Assembly: GCA_965287045.1 (NCBI GenBank)
Contig: OZ336899.1
Location: forward strand, 12,586,001 to 12,650,000
Length of the DNA: 64,000 bases
Direction: 5' to 3'
Origin: Carcharhinus amblyrhynchos
Taxonomy: Eukaryota
The translations under genes and the position numbers were made by a program. The stretch's first letter is position 1, and the number at the start of each line of letters is the position of its first letter. This document shows, in pieces, positions 50,920-63,415 of the stretch. Under the pieces are notes generated by a model. That model ran no database searches and was not told where the DNA came from. It saw only the letters and a program-made list of their open reading frames with translations.

Positions 50920-51860
50920 ATCAGAACAAAAGTTATCTAATAATTCCAATCACCTGTTCTTTCCCATAACCCTTCAAGCATTTATCAAATTGACTTTAAC
51001 ATGTTGTTGTTGAAACTGTCTCCACCACTCTCAGCTGGAATAATCAACAGTAAATTTCTCCTCTGATTCTCTGATCACATCTGCTGGATGCACAAATGTC
51101 AAAGGGGGCCTTAGCTCCGATGTTCTCCAAGACAAATACTGAGTACCATGTAGTGCCCAACATTCCAGTGTTGCAATTCTTAGAGGTTTCATTTTATGAT
51201 GTGAAATGATACATTTTAGCAGGATGAATAAAGAGAGGCACTGGAATGCAGTGCATTCCAAATCACAGGAACATACTGAGTAAGAAATGTTTCCTCATGT
51301 AGCCTCTGGTTCTTTTGCCAGTAGTCTTAAATTTGTGTCCTTTGGTTACTAATTATTGGAAACATTGGCAGGATTTTCTAGCCATGCTTGCCCCAAGTCC
51401 GAAAAATCCCATCTAAGGTCAACAGACCTTTGCATCGTCCACCCTCCGGATCGCTACAGTTCCGTGATGGGCAGAATGGGAAAATGTCACCCATTGTCTC
51501 CTTATTTACACTTTCAAAACCATTCATAATTCTGAACACCTCGATCAAATCTTCTCTTAATTTCCTTTGCTCTAAAGAAAACTAACCCAGCTTCTCTATT
51601 TCCTCAAAATAACTGAGGCCCTCATCTCTGGTACCATTTTATTATGTCTCTTATGCCCTCGCTGCTCCAAGGGCTTGACATCTCCTATTAATAAAGCCAG
51701 GCTTTTTGATAGCCTTCTAAGCTTCTCCTGCCACCTTCAAATAGTTGTGTACATGTACTCCCTGGTCTCTCAATTCACACACACTCTTTTAAATGATACT
51801 ATTTAGTTCATAATGCATCTCCTTATTTTTAACCGCTAAAATGTATCATTTCACATCATA
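50920..51860 (-). mobile_element. Old CR1 3' fragment hosting copy B and a MITE
   Basis: gcagtgcattccaaatc, cataattctgaacacctcgatcaaatc, aaaatgtatcatttcaca (CEMIHF-like). Confidence 0.75.
51367..51492. mobile_element. 126-bp MITE
   Basis: ggcaggatttt..aaaatgtcaccc, flanked by ATT on both sides (possible 3-bp TSD, consistent with PIF/Harbinger). Confidence 0.75.
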
Positions 51861-54800
51861 AAATGAAACCTCTAAGAATTGCAACACTGGAATGTTGGGT
51901 ACTCAGTGTTTGTCTTGGAGAACATCTGAGCTAAGGCCTCATTTGACATTCATGCATCCAACAGATGTTATTAGAGGAGAAATCCACTGTTGATTATTTC
52001 AGTTGAGAGCAAGACTGTATGAGTCTGTCTATGATCGGATTGGGCAGCAGTTTTCCACCTTTCATGGTCAAATAGCCAGTTGACAATGTCTCGACACAAA
52101 GCATAGCTAGTTTGACAACGTACTAGAGGACGACTGGTACTTGTGGAACTAAACCCCAATATGGAGTCCACAACATCAGACAAGAGGAGGGGAGAAGAGA
52201 AAAAGATATCAGAGAAATAAAAAAAGCCACTTTCTAAATTAATATCACCAACTGGGTGTTGAAGCTAATGCTTAGAATTAATAATTAGAAAGTTTAATAC
52301 TCCTAATTCTACAGTAACAAATTGTAAGTTGTGCATATATAGGGAGTTTAACCATAGCAATGAATGTTAGATTGCCTTGTACAATGGTTTCAGCTGTTTC
52401 ATGTCATTTGTTTGAGAATCAGCTCCTTGTGTAATGAATGGATAGCGGGGCTAGTATTGAAAGCAAAACAATGAATCAAAGGGATTTCTACAAGTTGTAA
52501 ACTTGTTTTGTGAAAGTTGATTGATAATACCACTAAAACATTAGTTCGATTCCGTTCTGAAACAGTATTCAAAAGACAAACAGTGATTGACAGAATTCAC
52601 TTAGCGATTTCAAGAATTATACTTGGACAAATTTACTCCCTTCATGTCTTGAAGTGGTTGGCTGTGCCAGGCTACTGTCAGCACTCAGTCTGTAAGAGCT
52701 TTTTGGCTATTCTACCATGAAGTTAATTGTGCCTTCATCTTGTTTTCACACAATGCATTTAGGATTCACTGGAGAGCAATCAATGGGCTCAAATTCCAGA
52801 AAAATCAAAGGTTATTTTGCTTAGAAACTTCTGTTTTTTCATTTTCTTATTAAAATGAGAGATATTAATGTTGGAGGAAGAAATCACTTAGGGAATGGAA
52901 CACTCCCTGCCTTAGACAACTAGTGCCAGAAGTAGGCTCCATCTAGTTAGGTGCAGCATAAGTTAGATACAGAAGGTAGTTCCCTTCAGTCTACCTCTGA
53001 AAGCTACCTCAGTTCCAGCCAGAGAGGAGTACCCCCACTTCATTAATGCAATGCTTTTATCCAGCGCTTGAACCAGTCACCTCCAGGCCCGTTTCAAATG
53101 GCAATGCCAATGAGGAAGGTTTTATATTATGGGCTGGATTTGTATATTGATCCCAGCGTTGAGTGTTTAATCCATCAAGTACCTGATGCAAAATTCTGAG
53201 AATTCAATTGTTGACCAAAACACTGCTTTGCTAGGAAGGGTCAGTGCAAATGCCTTTGCTGATTTTATGATTTCCCAACTCCAGTGTATTGACATCAATG
53301 CAAATTACAAGACACCCAGATAAAGGAATTTTCTTCCAATTTCCTGTTTTCCAAAAGAGCACTGTCTTCACAAATGAAGTGTCTGACAAATCTTTTCGTG
53401 TTGGCTGTTAAAGAAGGAGCCACAAAACGTGTATACCATTTTTACCATGATGTGTTGACTCTTTGGTGCAATGCTAATGTGTCCTGCTTTTGTAAACACA
53501 TTAGCATTTGTCAAATGTAATCTGTAGAATTGAGAGCCTCAGCACCCGTTTTTAGCACTGTGGAAATGAATGGATTTTGACTGAGTTAAAATTTCACCAT
53601 CTGTGATGAGATGAGATAGCATGACCATTTATTCAACTTTGAACCTGATAACCAAACTCTGTGTTTCTTACTCTTTAAAAAAAAATGATGAGATGCGCAT
53701 GCATGGAGCAAACTAGCTACCTGAAATTGCAATTGAGCCTATGTTCAGTTTTGTGAATGCCTGTTCAGATCAGCTTTTTTTTATTTTCTGCTACTCTCCT
53801 GTTCAGAAAACCATCTGGTGTTTGACAGGGCACAAGGTGGCCACATGACGACAAAACCCTGAAGCAAGATGACCCTTTGTTCATTCAATATCCCCTCCTC
53901 CACAATCTCACCCCCCACAATCCCAGACACCCCACCCCTCACCCCAACCCCCACCACCAAACTGGGCTCCCTTAACCTGAAGCAGAGACCGAAAGAGAAA
54001 AATAGTGCAAATTTGGAATCCAGAACATCATAAGATAATGAGAAAGCTGATTACTTTTAATGCCAGTTTCCCCTTTGACTCATCAACCTCTCTTTCATGG
54101 TTTCTGGTTCTCAGCCTTCCTCGTCCTTGCTAGTTTATTTTAATTCCCTTTGGGTAATCCAACTCCTTGAGGAGTCAGAAACTACAATTCCAGGGGAAGA
54201 TAAGTGTGCTGATTATAGGAGTATAATATTTTCTTGTTTACCAAAGAATGATCATCATCCAGTTTGACCTAAAATTCTCAAAGTTGCAGTATGGAAACAA
54301 TTATCTGCCTTACACTGTGCTACAGAAAAGAATTGGTTCATTTAAATTTTGCAAGATATCAAGTTGCCAGTGGCAAAACTAACCTTACAGAGCATGTGAG
54401 AATTGTTTAAAAGAACACAAATATTTTTCTGCTACTTTTAATTAAAGTACATTTTCAGACTGTCCTTATATAACTGTGAGGAAATAATAACTTCCATTTA
54501 TAACATTCTAAATTTTGTGAAGTGTGAATATTTTGTGATTTAAATTGGCCCATTTCTGACAGATGTGATGAAGAACAGTAGCGTTAGAGTCAGTGATTTT
54601 GTATTTTGGTATAGTTTTCAGGTGCTCGGAGCAACATCAGCATGACTCCATACTGTTAACGTATTTTCTATCCAAAAACTCCGTCACTTTGCAACAGGGA
54701 AATTAAATCCTGATGCAGGGCAGACATTTAGGAAGGCACTTGCTTAGAAAAATAGATGTTTTGCAAACTTTTCCTTTTTGAGGTGAAAGGATTTATCCAT

Positions 54801-56106
54801 TGGAAAAAAAAATTGACAAAGAAATCAACCCATTTCCCACTATCCAGTGCCTCTTTGTAGAAACTTATCTCTTTGTCTGCCAATTAAGGGAAAGATCAAG
54901 CTATCTTGCCACCATGGACAAATAATGGCCAAACTTTCATTATCTATTCCCTGTTAGGAAAAAAGCCCCATTTGAGTGATGTATAGTAAGAGGCATGGCC
55001 ACTAAAGACAACAATGCTCTAACCCAGCAAGGAATCAATACTTTCAGGAGAGGACTGAGAAGGGACTTTTGAAGGTGGAATTTATCTTAAGTGGTAGTAT
55101 AACAAATAGTAAAAAATATAAAACAGTTACTTGACAGCCAATTTTCCACCTCACCTGACTTTGTTTCCTAATTGAAGCTTCTTTGTGTCTTAAACATGGA
55201 GTCACGATCCAAATGGCTGGATAAGTACTCATTCTTCACTGAGAAACTTGGATGAAGAAGCAAGGCCCAAACCAATGCTGACAAGAGTAAAAAAGAAAAT
55301 TATGTAAATTAAGAAGTACTAGTTACATGGGAGTAAGCTTGAACTTTAAAAGTCTATAGGCTGGAGGAAGAAGGGAAGAGTATTAATGTTAAAAATTCCA
55401 GCGCTAGGAGATGAAAATTAGACAGAGTGGGTGGGATTTCATTTTTAGTGTAGGACTCGTCTGGATCGTGACACTGCACCACTGTGGCAACATACACAGG
55501 TTGCAGTTTTAATTTAGAAACTAATTGACCCAGAGTCATATTCACTACCCAATTAGCATTGCTGAATGTTGGAAGGAAGTGGGAAGTAGGCAGCAGTGGG
55601 CTCGATTTAAAGGTCAGATGGCAGCTATTGCAGAAGTTGCCATTCTTACAAAAAAAAGGAAGAAGGACCTGGGCAGAAGACAGTGATCAGGAAGGGCCCT
55701 CACCACACCATTTTTCTAATGCCTCACAGTGATGAAAGCAATGACTGAACACCAAAACATCAACTGAAAACTTACAAGACTAACCACGAAGGCATGGCTG
55801 GAAGTGGCACATGAGATCAACTGCAGTGAGGAACTGGGTGCAGTTTGAAAATGTTTCAATGACCGTCTCAGGTCTGACAAGGTGATTCCAGAAAAAGATC
55901 TACATGCTATGCCATAAGCTGTCACCACAGTGCAAAAGAGAGGGACATCCTGAAGTTACATAGAGTTCTCCTGATTATGGGAAAGATGTGTGCTCAACAG
56001 CTTTGATACATAAGCATAGATCAGAGCCTCAGTGCTGCTAGTCGGGTGGCTGAAATGCAGACTGCAGAAGCACGTGCAAATAAAGAGCTGTGAGTGTTAA
56101 GGGACA

Positions 56107-56379
56107 AAGAACATATAAGAACATAAGAACATAAGAAATAGGAGCAGGAGTAGGTCATCTGGCCCTTTGAGCCTGCCCCGCCATTCAATAAGATCATGGC
56201 TGATCTGTCATGGCTCAGTTCCACTTTCCCGCCCTCTTCCCATAACCCTTAATCCCCTTGCTTATCAGAAACCCATCAACCCGCGTCTTAAAAATATTTA
56301 GCGAGGCAGCCTCCACCACTTCAACGGGCAGAGAATTCCAGAGATTCACCACCCTTTGAGTGAAGAAGTTCCTCCTCAA
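56107..56379 (-). mobile_element. Young CR1, 273-bp 3' end (same subfamily as 40637-42837)
   Basis: Reverse complement of 42578-42837 with ~11 differences; tail (ttcttatg)n. Confidence 0.95.
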
Positions 56380-57295
56380 GGCATTCCATTAACAGTATCT
56401 TTCTTCATCTTGTGGGCCAAGTGAAAGTTGAACACCAGGGAAATGAGAGGGATACCTGAAAGGCATGATGCCCAGCTTGTGGTGGTGATGGACGTTGAGG
56501 AGCTAATCCTTGGATGTGGCCAGTGTCAAACCCACAGGGACACCGAAGATGGAGAAATGGGAATTTGCTGTAGATAAGGTAAAAACATCTAAAATTTGTA
56601 CGTTCAGGGGATGCATAGCAATGCTTCACATGCAACAAGCTGCCATTGCATTAGTGATCATCTAATTTTTGTAAGGAATAGGATCAGCTGTTCATTGTCC
56701 TGATCTCCATCATCACCTTATTTTATATCTCTGGCAGGGCCAGCCACAGAGAGGCAGGGGCCCACACTATGACAACAACTGCCTGAGGAACCAGAAAAGA
56801 CAAATACTTTGGAGCAAGTACCACCATATCTCACAGGCGCATCCCCCACCAGTGCAAGTACTTGCACCTTGGTGTGTCCTTGCACATTATTAGAGTTGGT
56901 GGCATAGAGTGAAGGAAACATTACATCAGAACTGAAGGATTTAGGGGGTACAGAATCAGCTTTAGCCACTTCTCCTCAGAGGATGGAAGACAGGTGAAGC
57001 TCTGTTCAGAGTAGAGATGCAGTGCCTCAAGGGCCACAAAACTGGCCACTCTATCTGGAGAACTAGCATGAGATGTTTGCCAACTTGTTGGAGTTAGTTG
57101 AAGCTTTGCAGAGTCGTAGGATGAGAATGGAGGAGACCATTCATCTCAAATGTTCCACAGTGCTTTGAATGCATGAGCTCCCCCTTGAGAGAGTGGCAAA
57201 CACCTTGGAGAATTGTATGTGGCATCACTGAGAGTGGATTCAGAAACAGGGCATTAAACATGCTCAGTATACATGGCAGACTCAGCAGCATTGAC

Positions 57296-57623
57296 CACAG
57301 AATCATATACTCTCCCACAGTGCAGAAGGAGGCCACTCGGCCCATCGACTCTGCACCGACAACAATCCCATTCAAGCTCCATCCCCTCAACCCTTCACAT
57401 TTACCCTGCTAATCTCCTTATCAGTAAGCGGCAATATAGCATGACCAATTCACCTAACTGCACATTTTTGAACTGTGGGAGTTTAACAGAGCATCTGGAG
57501 AAAAGCCACGCAGACATGTGGAGAACGTGCAAACTCCACGCAGTCACCCAAGGCCAGAATTGAACCCAGGTCCTTGGCGCTGTGAGGCAACTGTGCTAAC
57601 CCCACTGTGCCACCATGCCACCC
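57296..57623 (-). mobile_element. HE1-type V-SINE
   Basis: acagtgcagaaggaggcc..tgcaaactccacgcagtcacccaaggcc..gtgccaccatgccaccc. Confidence 0.9.
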
Positions 57624-57625
57624 AG

Positions 57626-58440
57626 ATTTTTTATTTGATTTGATTTATGATCATTACAGGTATTAGTATACAGTGAAAAGTATTGTTTCTTGCGCACAAC
57701 ACAGACAAAGTTTAGAGAAGGAAAGGAGAGGTGCAGAATGTGGTGTTACAGTCATAGCTCGGGTGTAGAGAAAGGTCAATTTAATATGAGGTAAATCCAT
57801 TCAACAGTCTGATGGCAGTAGGGAAGAAGCTGTTTTTGAGTCGGTTGGTCTGGTCCTCAGACATTTGTATCTTTTTCCCGACGGAAGAAGGTGGAAGAGA
57901 AAATGTTCAGGATACATGGGAGTCCTTTTCCGAGGCAGCGGGAAGTGTAGACAGTGTCAGTGGATGGGAAGCTGGTTTGCATGATGGACTGGGCTTTATT
58001 CACGACCCTTTATAGTTCCTTATGGTCTTGGACAGAGCAGGAACCATACCAAACTGTGATACAACTAGAAAGGATGCTTTCTAGGGTGCATCTGTAAAAG
58101 ATGGTGAGAATCGTAGAGAACATGCCTAATTTCCTTAACCTCTTGAGCAAGTAAGGCGTTGGTGGGCTTTCTTAAAGATAGTGTCAGTGTGGAGGGACCA
58201 AGCAGGTTTTTGGTGATCTGGAAACCTAGAAACTTGAAGCTCTCAACCATTTCCACTTCATCCCCTTGATGTAGATAGAGCATGTCCTTCGCTATGCTCC
58301 CCGAAGTTGGTGACTATCTCTTACTGACATTGAGGGAGAGATTATTGTCGCACCAATTCACCAGGTTTTCTACCTCTTTCTGTACTCGATCTAATCATTA
58401 TTTGAGATTTGACCCACTACAGTGGCGTCATCAGCAAACT
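57626..58440 (-). mobile_element. Rex1/Babar-clade LINE 3' fragment
   Basis: FADDATVVGQISNN at the 5' break; EVEMVESFKFLG; TIFYRCTLESILSSCITVWYGSCS; tail (aaatc)n. Confidence 0.85.
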
Positions 58441-60689
58441 CAATTTATTGTGCAAAAAGAAATGAAGTGAATGCTAGCTGCGTCCCAGCTGGTTGCCCCC
58501 TCCAGTGATTAAAGGCACCATGACAGGGACTAGGATGCTACAGATGGAGATGAGGGGGCCACACTTCATGGGATTCCATCATCATCATCCGCCCCCATTG
58601 CCCCTTTGATGGACAAGGTTTCTGTGAAGTCACATCATGTGACAGAAGTTACCCCCACAGTGCTGCCAGTGCAGCAGTTTTTAAAGGTACCTACTGAACA
58701 CTGGCACCTCTACACCAAAGCTGACCACCATGGGCATCTCAGTCCAAGCCAGACACTAATAAGCAGCCTGTCTCCACTTCATGCTCCTCCACAGGTGGAA
58801 AACGTCATTAAAGTGGCTGTGAGCACAGGCCATTCAGTTGGTAATATCATGTTGATGTTTTGATATAAATAATAAAGAAATGTAAAGCAATAAATCACTG
58901 AGAAGATTGTGCAATAAAGCTGACCTGGGTGTTTCCATTTTATTTTGGCAAAACATAGGAGAATGGGAAGTGAGAGTTACTAGAATGATGGAGAGTTCTG
59001 GTGAAGTCTGCTTAAATTAGAGTACTGAGCCTTTCAACCCCTCTTTCTCACCTTTCACCTCTCTGCTTTGGAGTCTGCTTCTGCTCCAGCAGCTTCTTTG
59101 CTGCTGTTCAGAGCAAGCTTGAAGAAGTTTGATCACATTTTCACTAATGCTCTTCCTTCATTGACAGTGGAATGCTGATTCTTCCAGAATCCCCACTCCC
59201 CACCTTATCATGAACCTATGAGACCCATTACCAGAAGGACCTTTACCCGTTCCCCATTCAAAATGCTTTTGTTAAGAATACTGAGATACAAAAGATAATC
59301 CTTTCCACTGAGCATGACTAGTTGTCTGCAAATGGGGGCCTTCTCTGAGTCATTCCTCTTCAATGCAGCCTCTTGCTTCTGTCCCACCATTCCAGCTCAT
59401 TCCCCACTATATCTCTACCTCCTCCTCTCTGTCATGGTTATACTGGTGCATCTAATCTGCACTTTGGAAAGAAAATTCAAAACTGTCCCTTGAACAAACT
59501 GATAATAATCCTTAACATGCTTAAGTGGCTATTTGAATGAGCAGGCAGGTTGCCTCTTCCGGATCCTGCTGCGAACTTTTAAACTCGCAACATGCCAGTT
59601 TTGCATCGGGAAACTGGCATTCTGACCCGAGGCACGGGTTTAAGTGCCCTCACAAATGAATGAAAATCTCATCCTGTAGATTCAATTTATTTCCATTGCA
59701 CAATCTAGGTGAAGAAATTAGGCCCATTGTGCATAAACACCAACATTGAGAAAAATCAGAGAGAAGGTAAGGTAAAGCAAAATGTTGTGGCTACAACAGA
59801 GCCAAACTTGCATTTAAACTCCTTCAGATTTTCAGAAAAAGGGAAAATGAAGGAATTATCTCAACTGGGATCATTCCCTGTGAACCACAAGTAAAGGTTA
59901 AAGTATTTAGACTCATCTTGTTAGAGCAGAGACTGTTGGGCAGGGAATACAATACAACACTATATTTAAAATGATGAAGGAAATTGATAAAATTCAGATT
60001 AAGTAATTTCACAGTAAGAGGCAGGAGTGGAATGAGAGGAAACAATTAAGATTTGGAAAAAATATCTTAAGGAATTATGGAAAATTGGACTAAACGGCCA
60101 ACTAATGGAGTAACAATGGATTCATTTAATAAAAAGAGTTGGACCAGTATATATTGCTGGAAGAACTGGAAGATTGGAAGCCAAGAGTCTGATAGAGTAA
60201 TACAAATGATGGATAGTGTGCAAAAAAAAAGTTAAAAGGTTATTAGAAGTTGAGTTGGGATTTCAGCAGTAATTTGGGTCATGTTGAAGGGAGTTATATG
60301 ATCGTAAGGCATTTTCCTGTTTCATGAAAGAAAGTAAACCTCACAATTGCTCGGGTGGGAAAATGTGTTGAGCACAGTTAAGGGAATGTCATAATTTAGG
60401 AACATTGTATTATAGACAAGAAGGAAGCTGACCAGCAGAAACAGGTTTTAGGTTATTAATTGCTAAAGTACAATGAAACTAGGGTATCTCACCCACCCCA
60501 CAGATCCCTTGACGGGTTTTTTATCTGACTCCTAAAGATCCAGTAATTACTACTACGGGAGCTTGTTGCAATGATCGATATGAAATAATGTGATATTTGG
60601 TCAATACATGAAAACTGCATTACATGGGTAAATGTAACATTAATAAATCACCTTGACTTACTTTGCAGCACTCTGTCTTCTAATACGCC

Positions 60690-60990
60690 AGCAATGTTGC
60701 ATTGTCAGAGGTCCTGTCTTCCAAAATAAACATCAAACTGTCTGGTCCCATGGTTCACTCTGTGAAGAACAGCAGAGAGGTCTCTTGATGTCCAAACTAA
60801 CATTCTGCCCTCAACCAATATCAGCAAAAAAACTGGTCCTTCATCTCATTGCCTTTTTTTGTGGAATCTTGCTGTGTGTGAAATTGGTCCCATGGTTTGC
60901 CTCATATAAGAACAGTAACTGTCTGTGAGATGCTGGAAGATGGTTCAGAGAGACCTGGAAATACACCATATAAATGCCAGTCTTTTTTCA
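60690..60990 (+). mobile_element. SacSINE1/Deu SINE
   Basis: gaagaacagcag..ccctcaaccaatatca..ggaatcttgctgtgtgtgaaattgg..atataaatgccagtcttttt. Confidence 0.7.
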
Positions 60991-61084
60991 TGTGAAAGTG
61001 TTCTTCCTGATTCGATAATCTAAAGTAGGTTGTAAGTCAGAGGGGGCTAGTTATGTATCAGTGGAGTTCACCAAAACACTCAAA

Positions 61085-61190
61085 GGGTAGGATTTTCCAG
61101 TTGCACTCACCCAAAAATGGAAAATCCCACTCGAGGTCAATGGTCCATGGTTCACTCCTCGCTGGCGGACGGAATGAGAAAATTCACCCC
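61085..61190. mobile_element. ~105-bp MITE (family of 51367)
   Basis: gggtaggattttc..gaaaattcacccc termini; core aaaatcccactcgaggtcaatgg. Confidence 0.7.
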
Positions 61191-61389
61191 AAAGTAACTG
61201 TTAGGTGGATGAGGTCTTGTACAAAGTTTTGATATTCTGTTGCTCTTGACCGGAATTTAAAAATAAATAATTGTTTAATTATTGTGGAATGTTTTATCAA
61301 AGAATGTTTTACCTCTGACAATAAAACATGTGCTGGGTGCATTGCTGAGATATTAATATTTACATCAATACAATAACTTGTATTAATAG

Positions 61390-61770
61390 GGCTCAAGATC
61401 CACTCCAGAGACTTGAGCATATGATCTAGGCTACCACTCCGCTGCAGTACTGAGTCAGTTCAGGACTATAAGGGGTGCTATCTTTCAAAAGAAATATTAA
61501 ACTAAGGCACAGTATGCCCTCTTGGTTGAACATAAAAGATCTGACAGTATGATTTGAAATAGGTTTTTCCCAGTCCCAGTTAATATTAACCCCTGAACCA
61601 ACATCACCAAGATTATCTGCTTGTGGGCTTTGCTCTGCACAAGGTGGCTACTAAATTTACCGACATTACAATAGTGATTATACTTTCAAAAATACTTCAT
61701 TGGCTGTAAAACACTTTGGGATGTTGTGAGGGCATGAAAGGCTCTACAGAAATGCAAGTCTTTCTTTTAC
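61390..61770 (+). mobile_element. SacSINE1/Deu SINE, near full length
   Basis: ccactccagagacttgagca..tgcagtactgag..aatacttcattggctgtaaaacactttggga..aaatgcaagtctttctttt. Confidence 0.8.
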
Positions 61771-62032
61771 TAATGTACTAGAGGGACAGCAGTGCTGTTG
61801 CCTCCTGTAAGTCAGAGACTGCACTGTTTCATAAGGACATTATTCTATTTAATGAGCCCTGTATTATTCTGCTGCTGAAGCATGTCTCTTTCAGCCAGAA
61901 GATGTAATTGCTAAGAATTAGGCACATCCAGAGGTCAATTAGCCATTAATTCCTATTTGTTGGATAAGGCCAGTTGGAGAGTAATTGAGGCGATTTAGCA
62001 GTCATGTCTGTCTCAAGTGTAAATGGCGACAC

Positions 62033-62930
62033 GGGCGCAAAATCCCACGAGAAGCAGGAATCGAGATTCTCACCAGCAACATCTGGTTACGCGATTTTCC
62101 CCACTCCTTACTGATGACGTAATGAGGTTCCTGTCTATAAAGGGATGAACTTGATTTAAATACATTTGACTACAATTTAACATTAACACGCCACCCTGCC
62201 ACATGATCCCCTGACTAAATATGCAAATCTTGACAATGTGACCACGTCAGTGAAGTTTGCAACAGGTATTTAAAGATGAAATTTAGTCAAGAGGATCCTG
62301 CCAAGGTCATTAATGTAAGTATAGCTCCTGGGGAAAGAGGGGGGGTGTTGGGGGGAAGAGGGACATACTTCCTGGCACTGCCCCCATCACAGGGTGGCAC
62401 TGCCCCAGCACAGGCTTCCAGGGGAGCCCCAGTGGATGTGTTCTCCAATTGTGTGTTCAGGGTAGGGGAGGGACCGATGCCTGTGAAACGAAGGGGGAGA
62501 CTCACCTGTGAAGTGGGGGGTGGGAATTGCATGTGAAGTTGGGGGAGCTTGCTTGTGAAAGGGGGGACTTGGCTGTGAGGCGGGGGGTGGTGAATGCCCA
62601 TAATACTGCTGCAGCAGTTGGGAATGGAGGAGGGAGAAAACCCCTGAGACTTTTGTGGTTGGGTGGGAGGGCAGCCCTGATACCTTCATTGTGAGAGGGG
62701 GGTGGCTCTGTGCTTTTGGGGGGGTGGAGGGGGTCCTCCATGTCCATGGGGTTGGGGTGAGTATAATTTCAGTGCCCTATCAGGCCCCACCTTGCTAGAA
62801 TGATGATGTAAACCAGCCCCCAAATGTTTTTTGCTCCGAGTGGCTGAAAACCTGAAGTGACAACTCAGCTGTACATGTCAATTTTCACTCAGAGCATGAT
62901 ACTCTGACAAATTATGAAAAAATTCTGCCC
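62033..62930. mobile_element. Non-autonomous Harbinger-like element, ~900 bp, G-rich interior
   Basis: Ends aaaaaattctgccc; left part (ctcaccagcaac..) resembles the subterminal region at 34210; left boundary uncertain. Confidence 0.55.
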
Positions 62931-63039
62931 CTCATTTCTCTGCAGACTGGCAACTGATCCCTTCATTCGACTCAAAGACAGAGAAAACAGTCTGACATCT
63001 GGAGCTGATGTTTCTGAAGTGAAGTCCAGGAGTGGCCTA

Positions 63040-63415
63040 GTACTTCATGTCGGTGTGTGTGCTTGATCCTGGACCGATAGACGGGCTCCACAACAGCTCA
63101 GTGACTAGCACTGCTAGCTGTGCAGATACATGGATTTGGGCCTGTGTCTGTGGGAGTTTGCGCATTCTCCCTGTGGTTGCGTGGGTTTCCTCCGGGCGCT
63201 CCGGTTTCCTCCCACACCCCAAAGATGTGCTCTTAGGCTAATTGGTTTCCACCAAATTGACACTATTTCTTCCCTGAATCTGACTGAGTAGGGTCCCATT
63301 CGTAGACATGCAGGGTAGAATAGGTGTAGGGCGATGCGGCGGCGCGGGCTCGTTGGGCCGAAGGGCCTGTTTCCCGTGCTGGGTTGTTCTTTGTTCTTTG
63401 TTCTTTGTTGTTCTG
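63040..63415 (+). mobile_element. Atypical CpG-rich V-SINE
   Basis: V-domain gcgtgggtttcctccgggcgctccggtttcctcccac; CR1-type tail gggccgaagggcctgtttcc..(ttctttg)3. Confidence 0.8.

Larger units (their letters stand above)
50104..52009. repeat. Triplicated local segment: copies A 50104-50415 and B 51028-51240 inverted relative to C 51680-52009
   Basis: Shared core aatcaacagt..ggccttagctc..ccaacattccagtgttgcaattcttag.ggtttcattttatgatgtgaaatgatacatttt; roughly 90% identity by eye. Confidence 0.93.
55429..59674. mobile_element. Harbinger deletion derivative with Myb/SANT gene relic and three nested retroelements
   Basis: Termini gggtgggatttc / gaaaatctcatcc. Exon 1 ..KLTRLTTKAWLEVAHEINCS..KCFNDRLRSDK|gt (55770-55882), exon 2 ~56415-56578, exon 3 after tggcag 56737; transposase N-terminal remnant on - strand ~59100-59440. 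Confidence 0.65.

Noticed and set aside
62330-62760. G-quadruplex or promoter-like G-rich tract
   Set aside because: Interior of a non-autonomous DNA transposon; not a CpG island.
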